From Narcine bancroftii (lineage: Eukaryota), in NCBI RefSeq assembly GCF_036971445.1, contig NC_091478.1:80600001-80664000 (forward strand): 64,000 nucleotides of DNA. The letters are read 5' to 3'. A model generated the notes under the pieces. The model made no database searches. It saw only the letters and a list, made by a program, of their open reading frames with translations, and was not told where the DNA came from. Both the position numbers and the translations under genes were made by a program. This document shows, in pieces, positions 49,900 through 62,140 of this stretch. Position 1 is the first letter of the stretch. The number at the start of each line of letters is the position of its first letter.

Positions 49900-51590
49900 A
49901 CATAAACATAAGAATCCTTAGAGATAGAAGGAGGTGTTAGCCATCTGACCCATAAGGCCTGCTCCACCAATCAATGAGATCATGGCTCATCTCACTGTAG
50001 ATTCAGCTCCAACAACCTGCCTTTTCCTGATAACCCTTAATTCCCTATAATGCAAAAATCTATCTAACTGTGTCTTAAATATACATATTTAATGAAGCAG
50101 CCTTGGACAGAGATTTCCACAGATTCATACTCTGGGAAAGGCAGTTCCTATTCATCTCTGTTTTCAATCTATTCACCTGATTCTAGATGCTATATCTTCT
50201 AGTTCTAATCTCACCTCCCAGTAGAAATAACTTTCCCACATCTATCTTTCACAGTTTGATAAGCTTCAATAAGATTCCACTTTCACTCTTTTGAATTCTG
50301 GTCAGTATGGTGTGTTGGAATATTTGGAGAAATTTGTGGGAGATAAATTGGTAAAATTAGAGTAGGTTACATATATGCATACACTTTAAAACAGAACACA
50401 TTTGAAATACTGAAGAATTCATATTCAGTGACTTTACAGAAACTATGGAGAATGCTATGCACATTTCACAAGTAGGTGCTAATTGAAATTATGTCATGAA
50501 ATGAATGGACTGAAGTCGGGTCATCTGTGTTGGATATTTTTGCAAGGTTTCTGACCTCTCTGCAAAGTGCTCACTTAAATGTCATTGAGAGATTTGTTTA
50601 CCTAAAACAACAGATAGGAGCAGAAGACTAACTCCTATTGTTTGCTGGACAAGATGGGGGGAGGGTTTCAAGTGAGAGAGAGAAGGACATGTGGTTGGCA
50701 GTTGGAATCTCAAAGAGAGAGAAACAAAACAGTGTCACCCAGGAGAAGTTTGTTGGAACTGAAACAATCTCCAGAGTGGTGGATGGCTGGAAGTGCTATA
50801 TGATGTTTCTCTTGGAATAAGCGTAACAGAAAGGGACTCTGTGGTAGCCTGAAAGAAAGAAGTTATCATCTGGAGAACACTGATGGGGAAAATTTCATCA
50901 GTAAGAGATTGAGTTGACTAATGATGGTACCTCAGTTGTGGAAATCCTGGAACAATACATCTCGCTCTGCAAACCTACAAGAACCTTCCTGAGTAGTAAA
51001 CATTTACCTTTCGACACCAAGTCCTGGTGAACTTTATCAATGTTAAATTCTGTGCATAGTATAAGAATTGCCTGCAACCAGTGAACTTGGAAGAATGAGA
51101 AGGGAGATTGAACTGTGAACCAAAGAACTTTTCTTAAATTTACACACACATTACATGCACGTGCACTTAGAATTAGAAGGGGGTTAAGTTGGGTAGTTAA
51201 GTTAATAGTGATAAGTTAAAGTTTGATTCTGTTTTCATGTTTAAAGATAATTAAAAACAACTTTTGTTTAAGTAATCATTTGTCATGGTGAATATCTATT
51301 GCTGCTGGGTTTTGGGGTCCTTTGGGGTCATAACAATGGACCTGGGTGACTCGATCTCTCCTCTTAGACTAACTACCTCATCTGTGGAATCAACATAGTG
51401 TACTTCCTCTGCACTGCTTTCAAAATCAGTATATCTTTGCTCAAGAAAGGAAATCAGAATGCACACCACCTCAGCAGTACAGTTGCAGCAGATTCTTCCC
51501 ACTCTAAAATTCAATCCCTCCAGCAAAGAAGGCCAAGATTCGATTTGCTTTCTTGATTATTTGATGCTACGACAAACTAATCTTTGGCAA
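49900..51590 (-). mobile_element. CR1 3' fragment interrupted by a solo LTR
   Basis: Tail CATAAGAA..GGCCTGCTCCACCAATCAATGAGATCATGGCT at ~49900-49990; RT C-terminal remnant resumes at 51340-51590. Confidence 0.8.
50311..51335 (+). mobile_element. Solo LTR (~1.0 kb, Gypsy-type)
   Basis: TGT...TAACA ends; 4-bp TSD ATGG (50307-50310, 51336-51339); ATTAAA near the 3' end. Confidence 0.85.
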
Positions 51591-54500
51591 TTTATGCTTA
51601 TTAAATTAATTAAAGTGAAAGTTTGTTAATTTCCAGGCTTATTGTTGGTGAGGACTTTTTTTTTTAATTCATTGCTCTGCTGCCATGTGTATATTTTGAC
51701 CCAATGCTAGTTTTTGTGACTCAGTATCAAATTTCATTCAATATCAGAAGATATGGGAAGATCTGTACAAGCACACAATTTACTGTTGTTAATTTGTATT
51801 AACCCACTTTGTTGCTTTGGACATGACATTTCATACAATCAAACAGAGATTTACAGTGATGTTGCCTACATACTGGACAAAATATGTGCTGGGTCGAAGT
51901 CATTTTCACACAGAAATGTATTTTCTTCTTCTAACGGGCCCACATCTGCCACTTTGTTGTGGAATTGATGGGATGTTTTACTTCTTTTTGCTGGAATAAT
52001 TCAAATGTAATAAGTTCAGTCCAAGTGTTTGGAATTTTAAAAGAATCTGCAATACTTCATGAGATGTTTATCTGGAATTTTCCATTTGTTCCTGCTGGGA
52101 TTCAAGTGATCATTTTGTTCTTTCTTTCAATAATGATTTAATTTACTCAAAAAATGTCAAAAATTGCCTCAGACTTCTGGAAGCAAGAAATAGACTCAAG
52201 AAACCAAATGACCCTTCTCTTTCTATCCTTCACATTTTGTATGTGTGTGGCCATGAGGACATGGTGGAACTGTGATGAGGACAGACTTCTCACGGTACTA
52301 AGCTTGCTAGGCCTGCAGGTCAGTGGCAATGGACAAAGCTTGTGTCTTTCCAGAGCTATTGTATGCTCCCATAAACGAGGATCCATACGCAACAGTTAGT
52401 TATGTGCAGAAACTGATACAGTTTATTATGCTTCTTACATTGTTATGTGTTGCCAATCAGCAGATGGCACTGAAGCACAGCTCAAGGTACAACCCTTCTA
52501 CTGATATTTCCATCCCTCCATCAGTTTTCTCCGACAGGTCCAATCCTACCAACCTGGTGGAGGTCATTAGTTGTCATGCGAAAGCACCTTGACTGGCGCT
52601 GGTATCCAAATCTATTCCATCAAATCTATTCCCGTTGCATTTAAATTGGCTTCAGTGAGGAATTATTTAAAATTATATCATTTATGTTTTGATCTGCCCT
52701 GATTCCTCTTTGAGACATGTGACCTTGTTTAGTCTTTGATAAAAAAAATCCCTGGCTTAATAAAAATGTTTGGGTATCAAAGCAAAATGGACATAAGGAA
52801 ACATTTTATACATCAAAGGCAAGACTGAGGAAGGCGAAGCTAGTCTGCATGATTAAATTTCAAGAACATAGGTACGTCTTGTCACTTCATTAATTAAGTG
52901 CTGTTTGTCATTAAATTGCAGCCTTTCATGCCCAAGGATATGTGTGATCTAAAAAAAATAAAAGGCCTGTAAGTAATCAGTAGAATGCTGTTCATCTTTA
53001 TTAGTATTCAATGCAGCCAGATGCTGATAACTTCTCTCCTCCCTTATCACATTAAAAGTGGCATTCAAGAAGCCTGCAATCTAAACTAGGGTTAAAGAGA
53101 AACTTTTGAAACAGATCTTCAAAAAGTTTTCTCTGAAGGGAAATGTTCCTATAAAAGATTTGAATTCTATGGTTCAAAATTGAGAGTGAAAGCTTAATAG
53201 TTCATGAATCTAAGGAAAATTAAATGTTACCTCAAATCTATAAGATACTATTCTACATTCTGTTCATCTGAGTTATGAATGCCTGACTCCTGGACTCCAG
53301 TACAGAGAAACAAGCTCACTTTTTACTAAATACAAAAGTCTGACGTGTGTATGTATGTATTTATGTTCATTCCTCAGAAGGCAAAACTTAGTTTCCTTTC
53401 TCTTTTCACTTTGGATAATTGTTCTTTTTTGTCAGTCTTGTGTGATTTTGATGCCATCAGTCATAATAATAAAGAGATATGGATACCATATTGAATGGTT
53501 TTGAGTATTTTCTGATGAATGGAACAAATCAGCCTATAAATTACTCTTAAAAATGGAACCTATTAGTAACCTGGATTGTATTTGTGTTGGGAAAGATTTG
53601 TTTCACTTTTGGTACTTGGTGACTCTCATGCATCCCATATGTTCTTTGTTTTAAGACAAAGACGTAATTCCTGCAGGTTCCCAACAATGTGACATACAGT
53701 GTATCTCTGAAAGAACATCACATTTATTCAAGAAGTACTATATACTAAAAACATAAGTGTTCCACTTATGTCTGTTTTCCACAATAATTGAATTCAGGGT
53801 TCTTAAAAACCATTGAAAAAGAGAAGACATTCAAAGACAGAGGAAGAGTTAATGCTAAGTTCGAGACATATATATTTTGAGGGATATCTATTGCTGGCAC
53901 ACAAAAAAAACTTGGACAGAAGTATTCAATGTCATTTTGTTAATAATAGATATGGCCAAAGATGCAACTAGTGATCGATTTAAGAAGGACATTTCACCTT
54001 TCATACCTATGTTAGTGACCAGATTATTGGGCAAAACCATGTGAATGTGAAAATTTTTCAATATGAGCTCCTGGGCCAGTGAAGTTCTCCATTGAGAATA
54101 GCAAGGAGAAGATGGTTACTATTCCTCCCTGATCAATGAACAAAGTATCACAAGAAATATCAAGGGAAAAGTTAACAAAACATTTGCAAGAAAAAAAACT
54201 GGAAGGGGAGTTTATATTCTAATATATATATTTATATCCATTTAGATGCAATATATGTTGAATATTGCAAAATTCAAATGCTGGACTTTAGGCACCAGAC
54301 TTGGAAGATCAAAAGTGGTGTTAACACCAATCTTTGGCATAGAGTTGGATATTTACAAGGACCTGCCAATCTGGAAATTTTGCCCATCAATGGCAATTAA
54401 CCTCCAGTTAACCTTAGAATTTACAGCAATTAGCCTTCTTGGCTTTAAATGGACAGATTAGCCTAATCGCAGCTTCATCTTGGCAGTACATTAATGCATT

Positions 54501-55421
54501 AGCTGTGACATTGCATAACGATCTTGCCCCAATAAAACAGTGCATCATCTGCTTTACCATGAGCAATGGCACAGGAGATAGGCTAATTTCTACAAAAGTG
54601 CAAACAATAATGACAAAAGCATGACAGAGTCCATTGGAGATTTCTGCTAATGCTTGAAAATTCCAGAATTGGGGCATAATATATAAAATTAAAACATATT
54701 GAAAATGTACAAGAGTCTTAACGAACTAACTGAGAAGACAGGTTAATGTTTCAAACAGGAACCCTTCATTAGACCAGAGACTTGTATTAAGCATTCTATG
54801 CAGAATGATTCAGTGTACATTAAATTTACTGAACACGTACTGCATATAGTAGCATTTTATCAATGAAGTTAATGTAACACTTAAGGTAATTATCACAAAT
54901 CTGCATTTTCTACATGTAATTTAACTCAGTCATAATGGATTGGCTAATGATAACTAAACATTAATTAAGGCAATTATTTAGGTGATAGATCTGACTAAAC
55001 TGAGCCACCTATCTTTCCTAAATTTAGGTGATGTTGGATTTTTTTTAAGCAATAAGGAATTTGAAATGGTAAAAAGCAGAAAAAAAACTGCAAATGCTTG
55101 AAAATTAGGAAAATCAGTCAGCAAGAGAGAACAGATATTAACATTTAACTGTGACTTCGAGAACATTTACAGCTTGCATTGTTGCAATGCTTGTCTTTTG
55201 CTAATCCAAAAGGTTCTATCAGAGGTCACCTGAAACCTGAAGGGAAAAGGCATAGTCCTAATACCTCTGCAGACCCAGCAAATTCAAAATGTTAATTAAG
55301 CTCACAACACACCAAATAGTTCAGAGATCCCAGATTTGTAGTTGTGGCTCCCTTGTTCTCTGCCATCTCAAGGCAATAATTCCTGTCCCCAAACTTGTTC
55401 AACCCTTCATACCAAAATCAA

Positions 55422-55610
55422 TCTGTGGGCTACATTAATAGAAAGAAAAGGAAAACATTGGGGCAGAAAGAAGATTGGGTGCACTCCAATCTATTTCACT
55501 TTGCTATGGAAAGGATTCTGTGGGCTACATTAAAGCAAGAAAGGGAAAACATTGGGGCAGAAAGAAGATTGGGTGCACTCCAATCTATTTCACTTTGCTA
55601 TGGAAAGGAT
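55422..55610 (+). repeat. ~95-bp tandem duplication x2
   Basis: Units 55422-55516 and 55517-55610. Confidence 0.95.
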
Positions 55611-57689
55611 TTCTATCCAAAATGATGAACACACATCTTTGACATGTTATTTAAGCATCTAGTGACAAATTAGCCTGCCACTTGGCACTTTGTATCTCAG
55701 ACATCAGACTGAGACAACGTCCAGTTCCATGTGCTGAGCAGTGGATAAAATTCCAGTAAGGAAACCAGGAGAATGGGGATGACTGTTATTGAAGGGAGCA
55801 CCCATGAATCTTGAATGCAATTCTGTAGCTGTTATCCAGAGGCTGATGTGAAAGGAAAGCAATTTATTTTGCTGCAGGTAAACAACTAAACAGGATTGCT
55901 CACATTTCCTGTCAGTTTCCACTGCCTATCCCTTCAGCTGAAAGCACTTCAATAAGACCAGTTGGAAGACGATGAATCGTGCACAAATAGCTAGAAAACA
56001 AAGTTTTCTCAAATCATGGTTATCCATTTACTGCAAATCCCTCAAACTGTAAAACCATCCATGTATGTTCATACATACATGCTTTGATGCAGGTTTACTT
56101 TGTTGTTTGGCCTTCGGTGTCCACCTGTCTCTGGAATATACTTCCAGTTTTTTTCTTTCCTTCTATTGTGTTCATACCCACCTGTTGGCTACTTTTCACA
56201 TGAAATTCAATTACTTGACTTGCCCTCCTTCATGGTAAAACTGCATCCGAGCAGATTGTTCCTGATTTCTATAAATGCAATCAATTTTCTTTATTGTTTT
56301 GAAAATATTTCCAATATTATAAAAGTAAGATCATTACTCTGACAGTGGGCTTTGGAATTACCTCCTTTTATCTTCATTTTTAATCTGTAAACTTTGTCCT
56401 TGATCAAATACTGGCCAATTGTTTTCCCCTCTGAGTTTGGAGATGATTACAAAACACACCTTGTTAAAAATCCAGATCAAATTTTCTTCAATGTTGTTTA
56501 GCCCTTCATGGACTATGAGAACCTGATCCTTTCCTGCCCTCTTCAATAATCCTGCCAAATTTCTCTTGATTGACTTGGCCCCATGTCACCTTCTACTTAG
56601 TATCATTCAGGTATTATCCTAACAACACGACTCTGCACAAAGATTAGTCCAGAACTGTGATATACTCCTGTTTGTGATTTGGTGGGAATGCTGTCTGATC
56701 CATTCCTTTCAATTTCTCAGAAGTTTGATATACAGGTAGGTTACTTTTCTTCAGCTTAATCTACACGTTATCTATTGTCTAGCTATCATTCAACAACTCT
56801 CTCATTGTAGCAACTTGTGTTATTTTCACTGAACAAAATTCTGCTTTCAAATTTGTAATTTATTTAATTTCCCCTGCATTTCCTCATTGTTCTCCTGCTA
56901 TTTTGACACAGTTTCCCTTTTTAATTTTATTTTTCCTCTCACCTCCTTCTTACTTATAATTTCTTCCCAGCAAATGTTCTGCAGATGAAGCTCCCTTTAA
57001 CTTTTGACCCTTCTGCTCTGCTTTATCACAAACCTGATTCCTGCTTCATCCTTCTACTCTGCTCAGGAAAAATCCTGGGGTGACCAGTTCATCCTGGACA
57101 AATTGTGCATTTTGAAAAAGAGATCATCACGTAATGATGGCTCTCAACAGAATCTTTTTCCCTTCTGCGATCAACTAACAGCTTCTTGTTCGCCATTGAA
57201 TTAATTTGTGACAACTCTTACCAAAGCATCCATGCTAGATGACAGAGGTCTTTCTGAAAATCTATTGACAGGGGGGGTGTAATTTGCAGGTTGGAAACAG
57301 TGTGATGTAAAGGTATCAGAGAGGAAATGTATCCATAGGAGGCTATAATCTCATTGTCTGTTAGGTATAAGGACTAAACATGTTGATTGCTTCACTTTTT
57401 TTAATCCAAATAGAAAATATCGTTCAACCTCAGGAGCCTGCTACAGCATAACAATTGATTGTTTTACATCACCTTTATGCCTACAGATAACATATGGAGT
57501 TTCTAAAGATAAACTTGCATGTGCAGCTTGTGGTGTGAAATTAGCAAGAGTAATGTGGAAAAGCTTGGTTCTCATTTAAGTATCATATCAGTATTAATAT
57601 GGCTGGTCGCTCTTCTGCATTACTTCTTGCCTCTTTTTTTGCTTCAATCATTCATTGATGTGTTGATAACAAGTTGATATCAGAGAAAC

Positions 57690-58410
57690 ACAATTATTGC
57701 ATATGCTGGAATCTTGATTGGACAAGAAGAAGATGAAGGGACTCAATGGGTCAGGCAACATGCACTGAATGAAATGAGCGGTCACTGTTTTGGTTAAAAA
57801 CGCACCGAATTGCTGAAGGGACTCAGCCGGTCTTTTCAGCATCCACAGGAGACAAAGATACATCACCGACAATTTGGTCCCTGACCGCTCCTTCAAGCAA
57901 TGAGCAGAATGAGCCAGAAGTAGGAAATCTCAGTAAGTCTCAGAATTCAGACAATGCTGCCTGGGGTGGGGGGGAAATCCAGACCAATGATAAGATTTCA
58001 TGTTTCTGGCTCATTCTGCTTATTCCTTGAAGGAGGGCTCAGGCCTGAAACATCAGCAATGTATCTTTGTCTCCTATGGATGCTGAAAAGACTGGTTGAG
58101 TTCCTCCAGCATTTCGGGGTGTTTTAACTGAAGACTGTGTTTTACTCTGTCATTGTTTCGGGTCCTGACCCTATTTTGAGACTGAAGGAGGAAGGCAGGT
58201 ATTGTGTATAAATAGAGGTAAAATGAGGGGAGGGGGAAGGGGTGATGTATTGGACAGGAGAGATAGAGGGAGAGACAACTCAAGGGGAGACGGCATGGTA
58301 ATGAATGGGTTCAAGGGAAAATTAAAAATAGAAGCACATAAAGAAATGATGGAACCTGAAGACAGAGCCAGGGGTTACTTAAGATTAGAAAATTCAGTGT
58401 TCATGTCAAA
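57690..58410. mobile_element. Penelope-like cluster with an inverted terminal-repeat pair
   Basis: ~57793-57920 is the reverse complement of ~58003-58128; minus-strand DMNTEFSNLK* at ~58376-58408. Confidence 0.78.
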
Positions 58411-58625
58411 GAATAACAGGGCTGAATATGAAACCATTTATGTAATTTATCAATAAATCCAAACTTTGAACTTTGAGTTCCTCCAGTTTATCCTTGACCA
58501 CTCAAACTTCACATAAAATGATACTTTTGATGACTCAAATTGGCAGAGAGATGTTGTGGGCATATTACCCTTATTGTCGATGAGAAATACAAGTGATTAG
58601 AGTTAATTGTGTTGCCTGTAATTAT

Positions 58626-59155
58626 CTTCTCTCTTTGGCTTGGCTTTGCGGACGAAAATTTATGGAGGGAGTAAAAGTCCACATCAGCTGCAGGCTCGTT
58701 TGTGGTTGACAAGTCCGATGCGGGACAGGCAGACACGGTTGCAGCGGTTGCAGGGGAAAATTGGTTGGGTGTTGGGTTTTTCCTCCTTTGCCTTTTGTCA
58801 GTGAGGTGGGCTCTGCGGTCTTCTTCAAAGGAGGTTGCTGCCCGCCAAACTGTGAGGCGCCAAGATGCACGGTTTGAGTCGATATCAGCCCACTGGCAGT
58901 GGTCAATGTGGCAGGCACCAAGAGATTTCTTTAGGCAGTCCTTGTACCTTTTCTTTGGTGCACCTCTGTCACGGTGGCCAGTGGAGAGCTCGCCACATAA
59001 CACGATCTTGGGAAGGCGATGGTCCTCCATTCTGGAGACGTGACCCACCCAGCGCAGCTGGATCTTCAGCAGCGTGGACTCGATGCTGTCGACCTCTGCC
59101 ATCTCGAGTACTTCGACGTTAGGGATGAAAGCGCTCCAATGAATGTTGAGGATGG
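58626..59155 (-). mobile_element. 5'-truncated RTE LINE
   Basis: ORF 58509-59102(-) IESTLLKIQLRWVGHVSRMEDHRLPKIV. Confidence 0.93.
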
Positions 59156-59754
59156 CTCTTTATTCTACGATATGTTGAGGTTCAACATCTCAGAGAATGA
59201 AGATGCTGACCATGTTATGCTGGAAGCAGCCCTTAAAAAAATGGATGACAAAATGTTTAACAAGAAAATGGGTTGAGACAGCTTCTCTGCCTAATCTCAG
59301 ACTGGTCCCAAATGCTCACTGCCATGCTTGGAATGTACCAAAGAGAATGATTAATTGCCGGCAAGCATGATAAGGATTGTATCATAAGAATCAACTTGCT
59401 TGGCTGAAATCATAGACGGTAGATTTACACCAGCTATTTAATCTGCAAAGCAAACTCAAACATTAAAGAGATCAAAAGGTTTAATGTTACCAAACCTTAA
59501 GCCAAACCAGAAGCAAATAGAATAGTTTCATCTGCAGCCTACTGGTTGCCTGAATTGTACATGGCACTATCTACCATATTCCTGGCTATGAAGGCATTTT
59601 TGGGCCTGCTGTCTGGGGGTGACTCAGAAAGGCAGGCTTAACAGCTGGCCCTTGTTAACACAGAAGTAGCGATGTGCCTGCCTGTAATGGCAGTCACCCT
59701 GGTTGGTTATCATTGAAGAGAAAAGGGTGGGATCTTAAAAAACTGAAAGGGTTT

Positions 59755-60357
59755 TAGGAAGGCCATATTTAGAATATTGTATGCAGTTCTGGGCACCTAA
59801 CTACAGGAAGGATATCAATAAGATTGAAAGAGGGTGGAGAAGATTTACTAGGATGCTGCCGGGTCTTCAGGAAAAGAGTGTGGAGAAGATTTACTAGGAT
59901 GCTGCTGGGTCTTCAGGAGTTGAGCTACAGAGAAAGATTAAACAAGTTAGGACTTTATTCCTTGGAGCAAAGAAGAATGAGTGGGTATTTGATAGAAGTT
60001 TACAAGATTATGAGAGATATAGAAAGAGTGGATGCGAGTAGGCTTTTTCCACTTAGATAGGGGGAAATTAATACGAGAGGTCATAGTTTTAAGATGAAGG
60101 GAGAAAGGTTTAGGAGGAACATTAGGGGGAAATTCTTCACAGAGAGTGGGGAAGTGAGGAATGAGCTGCCATCTGATGTGGTGAATGCGAGCTCGATCGT
60201 GTGTTTTAAGAATAAATTGGATAGGTACATGGATGGGAGAGGAGTGGAGGGTTATGGAATGAGAGCAGGCCAGTAGGATGAGGGAGATGATGGTCAGCAC
60301 AGACTACAGGGGCCAAATTGCCTATTTTTGTTGATGTAGTGTTCAATGGTTCTATGG
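59755..60357 (+). mobile_element. CR1 3' fragment with a small internal tandem duplication
   Basis: RRFTRMLLGLQELSYRERLNKLGLYSLEQRRMSGYLIEVYKIM; GTTCTATGG tail; ~46-bp duplicate at ~59826-59918. Confidence 0.92.
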
Positions 60358-60594
60358 TAATGAAGCCTGTTGGCGTTGGTAGGTGGGTCCGTTAATAGTG
60401 CCAAAGATTTTGAGCTCATGCCCAATGTAACACTTATATTCTCATTGAAGACTTTTCCTCCAGGAATTTCCAGATTAGAAAATAATCTCAGTTTTCAATG
60501 AAGAAAACAAGTGTTAAAAATGCTAGGTAGATTGAGCAGCATCAGTAAGTTACAGTATTAAAGAAGAAGGGAGCAGATATGTAGGGCCTATGCT

Positions 60595-60790
60595 GTCATT
60601 ACTTGTGATAGTTCCTTTACTGCTGTTTGGACAAAATCCTGGAAGACTCTATGAATTAGCACCATGCAAGTATGTTTACCAAAAGACCTGTTGTGGTTCA
60701 AGAAGGAATCTTGTAACAATCTCCTTAGTTAGATTTAGCTATTAATGATGGTCTTACCAGCAATTCTCAGATCCCTTGTATGAATTTTAA
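60595..60790 (+). mobile_element. Old CR1/L2-type LINE tail
   Basis: AAAATCCTGGAA...GGTTCAAGAAGG...CCAGCAA..ATCCC..TGAAT, as remembered from shark LINE 3' ends. Confidence 0.5.
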
Positions 60791-61934
60791 AAGTAGCAGT
60801 GGCAATCTATCTCCAGTTTGGCTAGTGGAAGTTAGCCCTTATATTGTCTAAACAAAAATAATATGCAGATTGAAAAGTAGCCTACCAGAGTTAAGCAAGT
60901 GTATATTTCTCCCTCTCTCACCATGCAAATTATTCTCTTCAATTGGAAACAGATTCTTCCTTAAATCCGCAGCTTGATCACTCGTCTTCCTTTCAAGACA
61001 GCTAACATAAACTAAACGTATCCGAGCTAATACTAGTCATTCACCCTTTGTTGCTTCCATCCCAAAGCATTTTTGATAACGTAGACTGCTGTGCTAAACA
61101 TTTAGGTTCTCATCGTATCTGGATTTTAATATTTGAAACAAGAGAAATTTTATTTCTGTTAGGGTATCCAAGACTGCCCTCTTGCTGTATAATGAATTGT
61201 ATCACAGCTAATGGAAATACAAACCAAGATTTTAAAGTTACATTAGATATGTTTTAGCTTTATGCCAGTCTGTGTGCCTCAAACCAAATCCCCAATTGTA
61301 TTAAACTTGCTGTCTCATAGCAATACTTTGTTGCAGCTTGTCTCTAATATTGATATCAATGGAATGAATTTGCAAGGCGGAGAACAATGGACTTGCACCA
61401 CCGCATACTGTATTTAGCACTTCTAGCTGGGAATAAATTTCTAGGCAAGTCTAGGCAAGGTTAATTGCAGATTTGAAAATATTATGCTTGCAGGAGTTTA
61501 TCAAACATTCAATCAGTGTATGAATTAGTATTCAAAAACAATGTAACAATAATGAAAGCAATTGAATAGGACAATGAGCATTTATTTGAACCTATCAACT
61601 ATGTTGGAATTCACTCTCTTTATTAATTCAGAATTGAAACTGACTTATGGAACCATTTTAGATGCACCAATGTATTGCTCAAGACTTCCACTTTTCATTT
61701 ATGAAGATTAATCAGACAATACTGAGAGTGACAAAGTCACTTTTTAATTGAGGTTTATCGGTACTTGCATGCTAGTGTTTTTGTCGTGAGGAATGTTAAT
61801 TTTAAAATATGTTTTGTATAAGGACTCCATTTCCGGCAATAGATCAAAATGGCCTTTTTGCAATCTATTTAAATCTTGGAGAAAGAGAATTCACAGTTGA
61901 TTAAAATCAGTTGCTTGCAGCTTTCCTAGAGGCC

Positions 61935-62140
61935 TGTGAGGTTGACCACTGAGCAGCCAAGTCATGTAGGCTAAGAACGTCCAAGGTTTGATCTATAGTC
62001 AGTGCCGATTTCAGTCATCTCAGCTGGGGCAGTGGCAGGGGCACAAACGTTGACCTCCAAGGCTTGAAGAGGAGGGGAAAGTTGCCAGACTTCCTTGACC
62101 TCGTCACTTTTCAAGACCCCTGCTGAATGTGCTCTCATGT
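61935..62140 (+). mobile_element. AmnSINE2-like ancient SINE relic
   Basis: Collinear with the remembered AmnSINE2 consensus: GTCC..GGTTTGATC, ATCTCAGCTGGGGCAGTGG, GGAGGGGAAAA, GACCCCTGCTG. Confidence 0.55.
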
